Both the position numbers and the translations under genes were made by a program. DNA of 32,095 nt, taken from positions 1 to 32,095 of the forward strand of contig JAUCBJ010000848.1 of the NCBI GenBank assembly GCA_032718475.1, written 5' to 3'. This DNA is from Nemertoderma westbladi (lineage: Eukaryota > Animalia > Xenacoelomorpha). Positions 1-11,750 of this stretch are shown here, piece by piece. Each line of letters opens with the position of its first letter. Position 1 is the first letter of the stretch. The notes beneath the pieces were generated by a model that saw nothing but the letters and a program-made list of their open reading frames with translations, had not been told where the DNA came from and made no database searches.

Positions 1-156
1 AGCCTCTTTCTGGTGAAGTTTTATCTCCTATGACTGCAAACAGGATATTGCCACCTAGATATTGTAGCATGAGATCTATTGACACGTCATTCAAAAATGT
101 TATAGCTGTTATAACTTATATAACGTACAGTATATATGTCATATATATATATATTA

Positions 157-562
157 ATATATAGAAACAATGTGATCCAGTCTCCTATCAAAAATGAAAC
201 CTAACTACAAATAAACACTTTAATAACTGCACGAATAACTATCCTATATATTAGAAAATACAGGACATTTAGTCCGCCGAAAGGGGTAAGTCTACATACT
301 AAATTTGATAAAAATAAAGGGTTTCAGGATTTAAACACTGTACCCAGGGAAACACAGCTCCATCATCAGCAGTGTACTGTGAGTGTAAATCCTGAAACCC
401 TTTATTTTTATCAAATTTAGTATGTAGACTTACCCCTTTCGGCGGACTAAATGTCCTGTATTTTCTAATATATAGGATAGTTATTCGTGCAGTTATTAAA
501 GTGTTTATTTGTAGTTAGGTTTCATTTTTGATAGGAGACTGGATCACATTGTTTCTATATAT
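157..562. repeat. Perfect foldback / MITE-like element: 177-bp inverted arms (157-333, 386-562) with a 52-bp spacer, flanked by TA runs
   Basis: ATATATAGAAACAATGTGATCC...GGGTTTCAGGATTTA reads as the exact reverse complement of TAAATCCTGAAACCC...GGATCACATTGTTTCTATATAT. No coding capacity seen. Confidence 0.9.
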
Positions 563-779
563 ATATTTCGCCAGTCAGGTTGTACTGTACCCATATTGTT
601 TCTTATATATTAATATATATATATATATATGTATTGATATTTGCTATTAATAAATTATATGTTTCTGTGCCTAATGTATAAAATTCACTCATCATTCCCC
701 CTAATCGTGTTAATATTATCTGAAGCCTTTCACAAGCCCACACAACTACTGGGGTTTTATTGCATGTTGAGCTACTTAC

Positions 780-881
780 ATAATTGTTAGCATATCCCAT
801 TCTTTCCCAAGATGCAGATGATGATGATGCAGTAGTTGAAAGACACAAGACTACACTGAGTATTATGTAGCAAATAAACAT
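780..881 (-). CDS. Candidate first coding exon of a host secreted protein (signal peptide MFICYIILSVVLCLSTTASS...WERMGYANNY)
   Basis: Hydrophobic signal-peptide-like N-terminus. Acceptor ttatttag ends at 893, ATG at 881, strong donor TAT|gtaagt at 780/779 (34 codons, phase 0). Product unknown. Confidence 0.4.
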
Positions 882-1172
882 CCTGTGGACACCTAAATAA
901 TAAAATTATATAAATATGAATATTAAAGCAAGATAATAAGTATTACAGAGGTGTCTTCAAGTGTGCCAAAGTGATGTAGCACGACCACTGATTTACTAAG
1001 GCATAGCTGGTGTGACAATATTCGTGATAACTTATTTGCATGCTATATCCCGTGCATAAAACCTCTTTGGAGTTTTTGCATGCGCAAAAATGTAATAATC
1101 GCAATTTATCAGGCGCTAAAACTAGGGGGTGTAAAATAACTCAAGAATATGTAATTAATTTGTGGGCAATGA

Positions 1173-1461
1173 TACTACTACTACTACTGCATCGAGTGAA
1201 CTTGGACAGTGGAAATGAGATCCTTCCAGGCTTCCCAATTCTCCATAGTTGTCATAATTTCGTTTCTTTCAAGTTCAGTATCCCTTTCAAGTTGATCTAT
1301 ATATGTTATAGCTGGTCTTCCACAGGTACGCTTTCCATGTGTTGGTTGCCTCAAAAGTAGATCTGGTATGACCTCGTCTTTACTTCTCCAGAAGTGCCCA
1401 CTGAATCTTAATCTGGGTTCACAGAGGGTGTTTGATACAGGTGGTCTTAATTGTACCATAG
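1173..1461 (-). mobile_element. RTE-clade LINE, 3' end with (TAG)n tail (3' half of the copy split by the CR1 insertion)
   Basis: ORF 1184-1459 RLRFSGHFWRSKDEVIPDLLLRQPTHGKRTCGRPAITYIDQLERDTEL is a typical RTE ORF C-terminus, followed by TAGTAGTAGTAG. Confidence 0.85.
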
Positions 1462-1646
1462 AGATAAGATAAGATAAGATATTTTATTAGAGGAGACACC
1501 TCGGCTAGTGCAGCACACATAACATTGATAAACAACACACTTATATCATTAAAATTTACGACACGAAGTGACTTATGCACCAGCTAAACTAAGATTAAGT
1601 AAAATTATACACTTCAATAAAACATAGTTAAAATCAATATTAAACG

Positions 1647-4600
1647 TTACAGATTTCGATCAAATTTTATATATTTTTTAAAATCCACAGTAAGTAATTT
1701 CGACTTAAAAACGTTAAGAGACGGACTATTCACCACATTAGTAGGTAAATCGTTCCATATGTTAACAACACGGTTGAAAAATACGTTCTCAACACAGTTT
1801 GTATTGCACTTTGACCCACGAATTTTGAAACGATGTCCTCTGGTAATGCAATTTCTTATTACGGTAAAATAGTCATTGCACCTAAGATTAACTAGACCGT
1901 GCATTATCTTAAAAGTGTATACCAAGTCAGCGTGTATCCTACGTAGTTCTAGTGGCTGTAGGCCTAGATATGTCAATCTCTCAATATATGGGATATCTGG
2001 GTCCAGATGACAACGAAAAAACAGACGCCTTGTAAAGTAGCGCTGCACGGCTTCAAGTTTATCAGTTAGACCAAAGAAAGGTACTCCCTTTGTAAATGGA
2101 TTCCAAACACAACTAGCATATTCTAGAACGGGCCGAGTGTATGATTTATAAGCCGTAATCAGCGCTTCTCTGTTAGACGTAATAAAACACCGAAATATTT
2201 TATTAACAGACCGATATGCTGACGCTGTAATATTCAAAATATGCTCTGAGAAATTAAGCCTACTATCAATAGTTACACCAAGATCACGGTAAGCATGCAC
2301 AGAGTCTAGATATTTGCCGTTAATTGTATACATTGGAGATACTGAAGTACCGCTATTTATTGTTAAAACCTTACATTTGTCGTTGGCAACACTCAATTGC
2401 CAGTCATTGGACCAATCTGAGAAAATATTAATGTTATCCTGTAACGTGTATCTATCACTAGCACAATTAATGACGGAAAATAATTTTGCATCATCAGCAA
2501 ACAGTTTCGCAGATGTACCGCTGATCATTTTATTTGGTAGGTCATTAATAAAAATAATAAATAGAAGAGGTCCACAACAGGAACCTTGGGGAACCCCGGA
2601 TATTATAGGATGGTAGTTTGAAAAAGTATTACCTATTTTTACACGTTGTCGCCTACCAGTTAAATAATTTGTAAACCAACGATAGACGTTGCCGCTCATG
2701 CCGTAGTTACGAAGTTTTAATAGTAATTTATCAGTCACCACAGTATCAAAAGCTTTGGCGTAGTCAGTATAGACTACATCAACCATCTTTTTCTTATTTA
2801 CAGCGTTTGCCCAATTATAGGAACTATTTAATAATTGTGCCTCGGTACTGCGACCACTGACAAATCCATATTGATCCTCGCTTATTAAATTATTGCTATG
2901 TAAGAAATATGAAATATCCACAACTAGTATACGTTCTAATAAACGACATACAGACGCCGTCTGTGATATAGGTCTGTAGTTAGGGGCTAAAGAGGTATCA
3001 CCCTTCTTAAAACACGGCGTGATGTCAGCACTTTTCCATCGTGGTGGAAGTTCACCAGTAATTAATGACGTGTTAAATAGTTTACACAAGGGCGTACAAA
3101 GTTCAAATCGTAGTATTTTGAGAACAGCAACTGGTACCCCGTCAGGTGTGCCAGTGTATTTCAATGGTAATTTACAAAGGTGTTTGTAAACCTTTTGTTC
3201 TGATATGCTATGTATATCGAACAGTTTATCTGTTACAGGGGGAAATAAAGGAGTAACATTATTATCATAAACACCAACAGATGAAAATTGCTCGTTCAGA
3301 CATTCGCATTTTTCTATATCTGTTTCAGCTAATGACCCATCAGCTCTTTTTAGAGTTGAAACTGATGGTCGACTAGAAACTCTGTTCTTCGCATATTTAT
3401 AGAATGCTTTTTTACAAGACCCAGTAAGGATTTTAATTTCTTTTTGCATATGAAAATCGCGAATGGCTTTTTCACAAATAAAACAAACACGTCTATAAGC
3501 ACGCAAATCAGTTACGGAATTATTCTTTTTACGCCACAACAACCGCTTAGAAGCCTGCAATTTTCGGATATGCAAGGGTGGGCGGTTTTTATTTTTATTT
3601 GGTATATATTTAGGTACAAACTTCTCAAAGAGATTGTTTAATGTTCCATAGAATATATCACACATCGAATTTATGTTGTTATCACAATTGGAAAATTCAT
3701 TTTCCCAGTTAATGTTATTCAAACTGTCTTTGATACCTACCTGATCCATTTTAACAAAATTATATCTAAGCGGTGGTGGTCCATGGGTCTCAGAATTATT
3801 TAAAAGACAATTATTAATACTAAAAGAAAACCCTTGATGGTCGCTCGGTTTTTGAATAGTCGAGTTTACGGCGCTATTTCCAATTGGAGGTTCACATTGA
3901 ACATCCCCAATTAGAAATGGATCATTACACAACAACAAGTCTAGTATTGCGTCATCACGGGTTGTAAAGTCAATTAATTGGCATAAGTTTGATGCTGAAA
4001 CTGCATTAATAAATTTATCACATTGCGAGTTTGGCCTTTTGTTTAAATCTGACCAATTAATAGCACCAAAATTGAAGTCACCCATAATGAAAACTGGTTG
4101 GGGTACCTCGCTAATTTCAATCATAAGACTGTTAACTAGATTCAAGTACTGATGCATTTCATGGTAGTTATTGTAACATGAGTCTGGCGGACGATAAATG
4201 TAGACAATACGACATTTTTCTACAGTATTTATGTCAACGGATACACACTCTATGCTATTGTAACGTTGAGGGATAGCTACCAGGGTTGGTTGCAGATTAT
4301 TTTTACAAATGATCGCAAAACCCCCGCCACACGTATTGGGTGGACGATCCTTTCGATAAAGTTTATAATCATCTTTAAACTCGCCCAAGAGTAGAGTCCT
4401 CGTCGTCAGGTGTGAGGTGAGTCTCGCATAGACCAACAATATCATAATTAAATGAACCAATTCGCGATTGCAGGTCGCCATATTTGTGTAGACTGCGTAT
4501 TGAACGCACGTTTGCAAAGAAACATTTATTTTTTAAATATTCGATTGCGGTAAACGAGTAGAGGTGCCTCCTACTGGTCGTTTTCCGGGATATGGGATCC

Positions 4601-4674
4601 GGGGTGACTGAGCGATCCAGGTTGGGATTTGTTTGCTTTCTGCTGCAGCCGTGGGGCTCGTTTAGGTCCCACAT
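1647..4674 (-). pseudogene. CR1 ORF2: AP-endonuclease + reverse transcriptase, one frameshift near 4384-4396
   Basis: APE N-terminus (FFANVRS, GLCETHL) is in ORF 4375-4674. The rest (GGGFAI, YIYRPP, MGDFN, LDLLL, SDH; RT NYRPIS, QYGF, DYAKAFD, GVPQGS, FADD; CR1-type tail TRGHRFKI...FFNRVVNIWNDLP) is in ORF 1647-4517. Confidence 0.92.
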
Positions 4675-6160
4675 TCTTTGACTTAAGCTGTTGAAGTGAA
4701 GCTTCCGCGCATTCGTATTCCGCGTCGCTAACTGAAACGCTAGATCTCCAGTTTATTCTACCATCATCCGTTCGCTTACGCAGCACATATGAGTCCGATC
4801 GTTGATCAAAAACTACGAGTATGCGGCCGGATTTATCCCCATTAACGTTAAGACGTTTGCAATGTTCCCATAGAACATTTCGATGGCGGATGGCGTCTGA
4901 ACTTAAACACGGATGCACATAAATAGATTTGAACTGAGAAGATTTCGAAAGAAGGTGCTTCCGGCTCAACAGCAGACTGCGATCGTTGGCTGAATCAAGT
5001 TGTACCTTAATAAGTCGTGGTTTATTAGAGTAGCTAGGTTTGGGGATTCGTTGGATATCTACAACTTTCATCGATGGACAATCTAGAACCGACAACAGTA
5101 ATCCAATTGTATCAACATCACTGCTGGCTGAGGGGGAGTTATCGTGTACATTTTTATCAGGAACTCCTTCAATAATAACAGACGATCGAATAGAATCCGA
5201 TTCATCCTTCTTCCGGAGAATGCTGTTCACACTGTCTACAATACGTTCTTCAAGTGAGTGAGCTTGTGGTTTCACAGCACTATTAGGCCTATCCACTGTA
5301 GGTTGTCTAGGCCTACGCTTGTTAGTATGAGTTTTCCATGTGTTTCCATCACCCGTTCCATTACCGGTACCGGTATCCGTTTCCATGTCGCCAGTAACAA
5401 ACGCACTAAGTTTATCAATCTTCCTACAGAGTAGTTTAATCGATATTGACTCGTCATCTACAGGTTTCTCTAGGCTAATTTGTTCCGTGAATGTTCCAGA
5501 ATTCCTACATTGTTCACATATCTATAATATCAATATATAAGAATTAATTGTTTTATGAACACCAACTGTTAGACCATTGCACTTTGAGCATGTGCACTGC
5601 TTACAACTTCCGCAATTGTCGCACTGTCCTGTGAGCCGTTCCGGTTGGCGCGTGGTTAGGCCTTCCGATGGAGATACCTGGGTGCAGTCTACCTTCGCGC
5701 CACCCTTCGGACGACCTCGAACAGCTCGGTTTGGACCGTCCGCTGGGTTGGCAGGGGCAGTGGTTTTTATTTTCGAAAGTGAACCAGTGCTGGTGCCGGT
5801 ACCGGTGGCAGACTCAAGAACATCATTCGGCGTAGCCGTAGAGTCGCCGTAGCAACTTAGTATATGAAGTTGTAGATCGTCTATATCTCTGAATGTAAGA
5901 TCACAATTGTCACATTTCGCTGAGATTAATCGCCGTTTCCCGACATTGTTCCTTCCCATTATTTGTGTCTTGTGAGCCCTGCTAAGAGTGGACCTTCTAG
6001 GCCTAGGGTCAGCGAGATGCGATTTAACGTCATCGTCAACTCCGGGAGGACCGGTATCTTCGTCAACCCCTGGGTCTTGCGACAGTACATCAATTGAGTC
6101 ATCATCAGACTCCACAAGTAGTGTATCATACCGATTTGTCGACCCACAAGGTGCCGACAT
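4571..6160 (-). pseudogene. CR1 ORF1 (~529 aa): zinc finger, Cys-rich PHD-like region, coiled coil, RRM-like core; single in-frame TAG at 5522-5524
   Basis: ORFs 5522-6187 and 4571-5386 are in the same frame, joined by ILIL*ICEQCRN (likely TGG to TAG in a W-x-C-x2-C motif). Also CDNCDLTFRDIDDLQLHILSC and the ORF1p motifs SSVIIEGVPD...PRLIKVQL...IYVHPCLS. Confidence 0.8.
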
Positions 6161-6339
6161 AATTACTGTACAGCAGTGACACTTCACAGCTTGATGCAGT
6201 TCAAATAAAAATGTAATAATGCAATAATAATTGATTTCTGTACTTGCAGACTCTGCGCTGTATACAGCAGTGCTGAGCTAGACACAGTATGAGTAAATTA
6301 TTAATTGTTACTTGTGATACTGTAGGTTAAACAAATATA

Positions 6340-6570
6340 AGCTTGGTGTTTGTCATGTGTTGTCTCCAGCTAATGTTTAGGGCTGTCCTTAGTAGTCATG
6401 TGTAGCAACCATCCATTCGTTTTTCAAGTGATTTTGTCAGTGTCCAGGTTTCACCCGTATAAAAGTACACTTTCCACTGTGGCTCAAAATAACTTAGTCT
6501 TCAGGTGCCTGGAGAGATCTTATTTCCAGATGTTATCCATTTTTGATTGAGCTACCCTTTGGCTGCGATA
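6340..6570 (-). mobile_element. RTE-clade LINE fragment (5' half of the copy split by CR1)
   Basis: Degenerate translation DNIWK*DLSRHLKTKLF*ATVESVLLYG-ETWTLTKSLEKRMDGCYT*LLRTALNISWRQHMTNTKL continues directly into 1461-1173. Confidence 0.85.
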
Positions 6571-7001
6571 GGGTGTATATATATTCCACAATGACAATAA
6601 ATGTTTGCATAAATGATTGGCTGATATCAGGAGTGTTTTAACTCCATATTGTTCTGTTTATTTCGTGCGCTGTGATTGGTTGTAGTGTGGTGCGTTTTTA
6701 TTCAATGTGGGCTTCTTGTCAATAATTATGGGATATAACTTTTCACTCTATCCGTAACAAGGCCTAATAGATAATAGATCATGCAGCCAGAATTCAGCCT
6801 TCTAACTTGAGGGCTGAACTTTCTCTGTTTCTGCAGTTGTATTTCAGTATTTTTTACAGTTTTAAGCCTACCCCTATGGGCCTCCTCTGTATTACTTTGT
6901 ACTGTAGGCCCTATTACCATATTTCTTTGTTATTAGGACTGTAGGATCTGAGGATATTTTAGCTTGTTCCATATTTAAATTATCAATGCTGCGATGGACT
7001 G

Positions 7002-7281
7002 ATGGGTAAGAAGTGTTCAGTTGGTGGCTGTCAATCTGGCTTTGATCTGACAGTTGCTGAGAATCAATGAAATGAAATGTAAGAAAAAATCACTGTGTTC
7101 AGCATTCTGAAAAATACGGAGGAACACGATTCCTGGATTCGACGTTTGCCAAATATCATCAAACCCAACGAGGTAGGCCTAACGTCAAATATGGGGGTAT
7201 GCTGGAAACACTGGCTGGTGATGGAGATGATGATGAAAAAGAGCAGTGGAAGATTTTACATTCCTGCCGATCCCCCATCGA
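7002..7281 (+). pseudogene. THAP zinc-binding domain (N-terminus of a P-like transposase), with stops
   Basis: MGKKCSVGGCQSG...TVFSI...WIRRLPN...MGVCWKHW...IPADPPS has the C2CH THAP signature with conserved W and P. Confidence 0.8.
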
Positions 7282-7775
7282 CCACTGCAGACAAGGTTTT
7301 CATCAGTATCCGAATCATCACTTTGATTAGAGAAAACAGTTACAAATCCATCGATTTGGACGGCAAGATTCTTTAAAATACTGCTGATTCGCTCTTTGAA
7401 ATCGACTTTCTTAATGCGATCCATCTGGAGGAAGTCCTCAGTTTGGTTGATCGCTCGAAATCTCGATGCCACGGATGTCCTCACAGTGGTCCATTTAGGT
7501 CCAGGGGGAGTCAGAATGATCGATGGAACAACTCCTTCGAATATCGATGGGGATCGGCTGGAATGTCAAATCTGCCACTGCTCTTTTTCATCATCATCTC
7601 CATCGCCAGCCAGTGTTTCCAGCATGCCCCCATATTGTACATTACCTTGTTGGGTTTGATGATATTCGGCAAATGTCAATTCCAGCAATCGCGTTTTTCG
7701 GAAAGCTGTACACAGTGATTTTTTCTTGCGTTTAATTTCGTTGATTCTCAGCAACTGTCAGATCGTAGCCACATC
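7282..7775 (-). pseudogene. Second, inverted THAP copy extending further into the transposase (PSIFEGVVPSIILTPPGPK...DFLQMDRI)
   Basis: Reverse complement of the left arm plus ~260 bp of downstream coding-like sequence that forms the spacer. The start-codon segment is deleted between CTG microhomologies. Confidence 0.7.
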
Positions 7776-8161
7776 GACAGTCCATCGCAGCATTGATAAC
7801 TTAAATATTGAACAAGCTAAAATATCCTCAGATTCTACCATCCTAACAACAAAGTAAAACGGTAATAGGGCCTACAGTACACAGTAATACAGAGGAGGCC
7901 CATACGGGTAGGCTTCTTAAAACTGTGCAAAATACTTAAATACAACTGCAGAAACAGATAAAGTTCAGTCCTCAAGTTAGAAGGCTGAATTCTGGCTGCA
8001 TGGCCTATTATCTAGTAGGCCTTCATCCATAACCGCGCATTTGCCATATCTGTATGCACATACAGATATGTGCGTATGAAATGGATTCCTATGGAGAATT
8101 ATTCGTTTGTGATTTGAGATATTAGACATTATAGGGTGGTAAAACTGCCCCATAATGCAAG

Positions 8162-8300
8162 GTCTCACTCAGGTCTTTATATCCCAGGGGTCTTTAAATC
8201 CCAAGGGTCTTTATATCCCACATCCTAATAAAATGTGAATTTACATCCCAAGGGTCTTTATATCCCAGGGATCTTTATATCCCACGTCTACACTAAAAAC
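8162..8300 (+). repeat. Left TIR with tandem GGGTCTTTATATCCCA-type subrepeats
   Basis: About six imperfect copies of GTCTTTATATCCCA, ending in GTCTACACTAAAAA. Confidence 0.75.
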
Positions 8301-8342
8301 ACTGCAATATTATATACAATATATTGAATACAATATTCCAAT

Positions 8343-8773
8343 ATGGATGTCCCAGGGATAGAGTTAAATATGGTCTCAGAATTCACAAAGCGCAAAAATA
8401 GTCTGGCATTGTTTAAAAGCAACCGATATGAAGGAGTTGTATTTGAATTTTCAAAGAAACGCAATAACACAAGAGGTACAAACTGTTCAATGTGTTGGTT
8501 GTTGTTGGGCTAACACTGCAAATCACTCCAAGAATTGCCCTTAGCAGCCAGTTGTTTATGAGCTGATAAACAATGATATGTGGATATCTGATCCAGATGA
8601 TCCACATATATGTCTGGACATTCGAAATCAGTCTGCCACTAAGGAAGGTTATTTCTCGTCAGGGCAGAAGTACTTCGAAAGATGTTAAACTGTGGAAGAT
8701 GCAATCTGGACTTCGCCCTTCACAAGCACATAACATTAGATCATATCCAAGAAAGTCTTATATTTTCCTCTGA
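8343..8773 (+). pseudogene. Frameshifted FLYWCH/WRKY-like DNA-binding N-terminus of a MULE transposase
   Basis: Pieced translation FEFSKKRNNTRG-KLF/QCVGC...KNCP*QPVVYELINNDMWISDPDDPHICLD. The Cys/His spacing resembles MULE zinc fingers (inference). Confidence 0.45.
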
Positions 8774-8972
8774 GGTATATTTTATTGAATGGTTGCGGGA
8801 ACGTTAAAAAAAGAACCTATTTAGACCTGTCACTCTATAAAGCCCAACATGATGTAAAGCCCCATGGGATAATTTTTTTTAATACGCCCCCCCCACCTCC
8901 GCGGGGCAAATGGCAATGATTTAATTAAGTAAAATATTAAATTGAAGTAGAAGCTTGAAAATCCAATAACAA

Positions 8973-10027
8973 AGAGTTAATTCTATTTTATTTATTAATC
9001 AAGCACGTTAAGTAAAAACCTTAGCAGTAGGTATATCAGTGCCAAAGTATGTAAAAAACTAAAAAGCAACAAGACCTAGACATTGCATGCAATCAATGAT
9101 CAGCTGATGGCAGCCTGCTGATCGGTAGGTTTCGCCCCGCAACTGAAGGCATTCTCAGGAGGCTAAGCCAGGAAATGTAGAGAGAGACTCCCAAAGGGGG
9201 ACGGAACACGTAACGAAATGAAGATATGTCTGTACTGTAACTAACCACTGGGAAGCAGCACCATAAACATGCGCCAGTCACGTTTCTGCTTGTTGATAAC
9301 CGGCTTGCGTGTTTGGATGTAATACATTTCAAGCTTTTGCAATACTGGCCGCAATGGGTGTCTAGCAATTACAGTGAAATGTTTAAACAATTCACGCCAG
9401 TCAGTCAGCCAATGTGTATTAGGCTCGCTACGGTGCGTCATGATGTGGTTGTGCACAGTCTTACCGTGTTCGCTCCCATCATTGGCTGTCCTATCCTGGT
9501 GCTGTCTAACGCGTTCAAACAAGTGTTGGATGGTATGTCCAACATATTCCCCCTTACAAGCGGGATGTACCTATCACTGAACTTTGTGCCCGCAGCAATC
9601 CTCTCGTCGAACTGTGACAGAAAGATGTTGGCGAGTATGGGGCCCAATGGAGACCCCATAGCGACACCATCTTTCTGACAGACATAGTTGCCATGGTGAT
9701 CTAGGAATACGACATCCTTGGTGGCTAACAGCATAAGACCAATAAACTGGTCCTTGCTGATTGGCTGGCTGTCCGGATGCCATTCCTACAGTAGATCAGC
9801 AGCAAGCTGCACCGCCTCCCTCAGTGGGAGTAAAAGAGTGCGGTGTCAAACTTGGTTTTGACCGGATTCTTGGCCCCAAGCCTGAGCACCGACTCAACAA
9901 TCTCAGGTAGGACTATTCCGTCCTCACACCGCACAGTGCCAATAACATTTAGTAAGGGTGTCCCTTGGCTGCCAGACCACCACCTAAACTTTTCATCCTG
10001 GTCAGACCTCCGTCACTCGAGCTTACC
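8973..10027 (-). mobile_element. Penelope-like element, internally deleted copy (RT fragment, GIY-YIG endonuclease end, 3' pLTR-like region)
   Basis: RT motif QKDGVAMGSPLGPILANIFL (ORF 9438-9734) and CKGEYVGHTIQHLFERVRQH...KLEMYYIQTRKPVINKQ. Reverse complement of parts of 19931-21651. Confidence 0.88.
9073..9172 (-). ncRNA. Hammerhead-ribozyme-like motif in the Penelope 3' region
   Basis: CTGAGAAT-GCCTT(CAGTTGC)GGGGC-GAAAC: variant core, stem II and GAAA. Stem I/III assignment is ambiguous. Confidence 0.5.
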
Positions 10028-10178
10028 ATGTTGGGTCAGTGGGAATACCGACCGGCGGATTGGTCTCCTTTCCTCCAGAGTTTGTAGCCTCGCTCCAAAC
10101 AAAGGGAGAATGGAGGAATTTCCTTCGGTTTAGAGATTTCGTTCTTAAAGCGGGTTTTCCTGACCCGCTGTAGTGATT
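10028..10178 (+). mobile_element. Penelope-like element, 5' piece of the plus-strand copy (continues at 19772)
   Basis: ...VFLTRCSD (10154-10177) joins CGVVPRFLAFKVP (from 19771) across a TGATT duplication. Confidence 0.75.
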
Positions 10179-11447
10179 ATCACATATCGCGAGATTTTTA
10201 TGCTGAACTCTCTGAAATGTGTACAGACGCCGGGCTACATATTCTAGATGTCGAATGCCTACCGCCGACAACGTTTACGTATGTAAACGCGACATACACC
10301 TCCACGTCATGGCTCAACCACCTCGTCTGCACAGAGTCGATATCCCATCTGGTCAGTAACATTGCTGTGGAATATGATTCTTCTTTCAGTGATCATTTGG
10401 CACTCCTGGTGGAACTAAACTGGGAGATCTCATCAGTTTTGCCTAGTGAGAACTCCTGCAGTGCTCCGACGGACTTCCAACCGAATTGGGAGAAAGCCAC
10501 AGAGGAAAACATTAGAAATTATCGTCACAAGCTAGACTGTATGCTGGACAACATTACATTCCCTTGTGAAGCAATCTCCTGCAGGAACTGCTCATTTACT
10601 ACTCACAAATCGGATATAAACGACTTTCACGATGATATCGTTAACGCGCTAAAAACGGCAGCCGACCAAACGATTCCGCAGTCCGGTGGTAAACCTGCGG
10701 GAGCGAAGTCCGAGGTATCCGGGTGGAACGCCAATGTAAAGGAGTTCCACCATGATGCTCGAGAGGCGTTCCTCGACTGGCGTGTTGAGGGTAGTCCTCG
10801 CAGTGGCCCCATCCATGAGCAAATGCTCCTAACCCGAGCACGTTTTAAAGACGCATTCCGGCAATGCAAGCGGGATAATGAGACAGCTCGTTGTGATAAA
10901 TATGCACATTCCTTATTATCGGATAGTAAGGGTAACACAAATACACTTTGGAACAACATAAAGCGCGACATTCAGTACCGCTGCGCCCCACCAGCGAATA
11001 TAGGCGGCGTGACTGGAGATGCGAACATTGCGTCTATGTGGTGCGACCATTATTGCGAAATTTTTAATGCAATTCCTCCTGACGCTAACCTCACCCACGT
11101 AAGCGACGCTCTACATAATGTGTCTTTTACTGAAGATATGTTCTTTACACAGAGTGAGATTGTCCCAGCCGTTAGGCTTTTAAAGTTACACAAAGCCCCT
11201 GTACCAGGCGGGGTCTACGCTGAGCATTTAATTAATTCATCAAATAAGCTATTTTTGTTTTTATCATTTTTATATAGTGCCATAAATATACACGGTTATG
11301 ATTCACTCAGTTATTTCGCCTGTTGTAAAAGATAAGTCTGGCAATCTCAGTGATAAGTCAAACTACCGACCCATTGCCTTATCGTCCATTGTTAGTAAAG
11401 TATTTGAATTTATTATTCTCTCACGCATAGAAATTCGTTTATATACA
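10179..11447 (+). pseudogene. 5'-truncated RTE-X-like LINE, first part: APE C-terminus and RT N-terminus
   Basis: FTYVN...SWLNHLVC...FSDHLAL (APE), GWNANVKE...G.PRSG, then frameshifted ISPVVKDKSGNLSDKSNYRPIALSSIVSKVFE. TSD TGATT at 10174-10178 / 19767-19771. Confidence 0.88.
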
Positions 11448-11750
11448 GTTTCCCCGAATCTGGCAGGCACTACAACGGTTTCCTCGAGTTTGTCAGACAC
11501 TATAATGGTTTCCTCGAACATGACAATAGTTTCCTCAGGCTCAGGTTCTGCGGACACTATAACGGTTTCCATGAGTTTGGCAGACACTACAACGGTTTCC
11601 CAGAATTCCAGCACTACAACAGTTTCCTCGAGTTTGGCAGACACGACAATGGTTTCCTCGAGTCTGGCAGACACTATAACGGTTTCCTCGAGTTCTGCAC
11701 CGCCTGTGGTTTACTCGAGCTCGTTAGTCACTACTGCAGTTTCCTCAAAT
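11448..11750 (+). repeat. ~30-bp coding minisatellite (unit about ACGGTTTCCTCGAGTTTGGCAGACACTACA) encoding Ser/Thr-rich TVSSSLADTT repeats
   Basis: About 10 imperfect units, directly visible, with the frame preserved. Confidence 0.85.

Larger units (their letters stand above)
1462..6339 (-). mobile_element. Near full-length CR1-type non-LTR retrotransposon (5' UTR, ORF1, ORF2, 3' UTR with AATAAA and (ATCTT)n tail)
   Basis: Two overlapping ORFs and an (ATCTT)n tail at 1462-1480. Both ends are fixed by rejoining the interrupted RTE sequence (HMTNTK|LYG), with only a 2-bp AG overlap. Confidence 0.9.
6758..8024. mobile_element. Non-autonomous P-superfamily (THAP) foldback DNA transposon with ~500-bp imperfect inverted arms (6758-7281, 7544-8024)
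   Basis: Termini CAAGGCCTAATAGATAATAG / CTATTATCTAGTAGGCCTTC. 8-bp TSD ATCCGTAA (6750-6757) / ATCCATAA (8025-8032). The arms encode a THAP domain. Confidence 0.8.

Noticed and set aside
1-54. Possible minus-strand exon (GNILFAVIGDKTSPERG) after a ctag acceptor
   Set aside because: Truncated by the window edge, and its open phase does not match the phase-0 donor at 779, so it cannot be linked or supported.
1647-4517. ORF-track start of the 956-aa protein (MQTCVQYAV...)
   Set aside because: The first ~40 residues are off-frame. The true endonuclease N-terminus is in the 4375-4674 frame.
8815-8872. Degenerate inverted copy of the MULE subterminal motif as an alternative right end
   Set aside because: Poor match and no flanking copy of TAATGCAAG. 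Kept only as a caveat to the MULE boundary.
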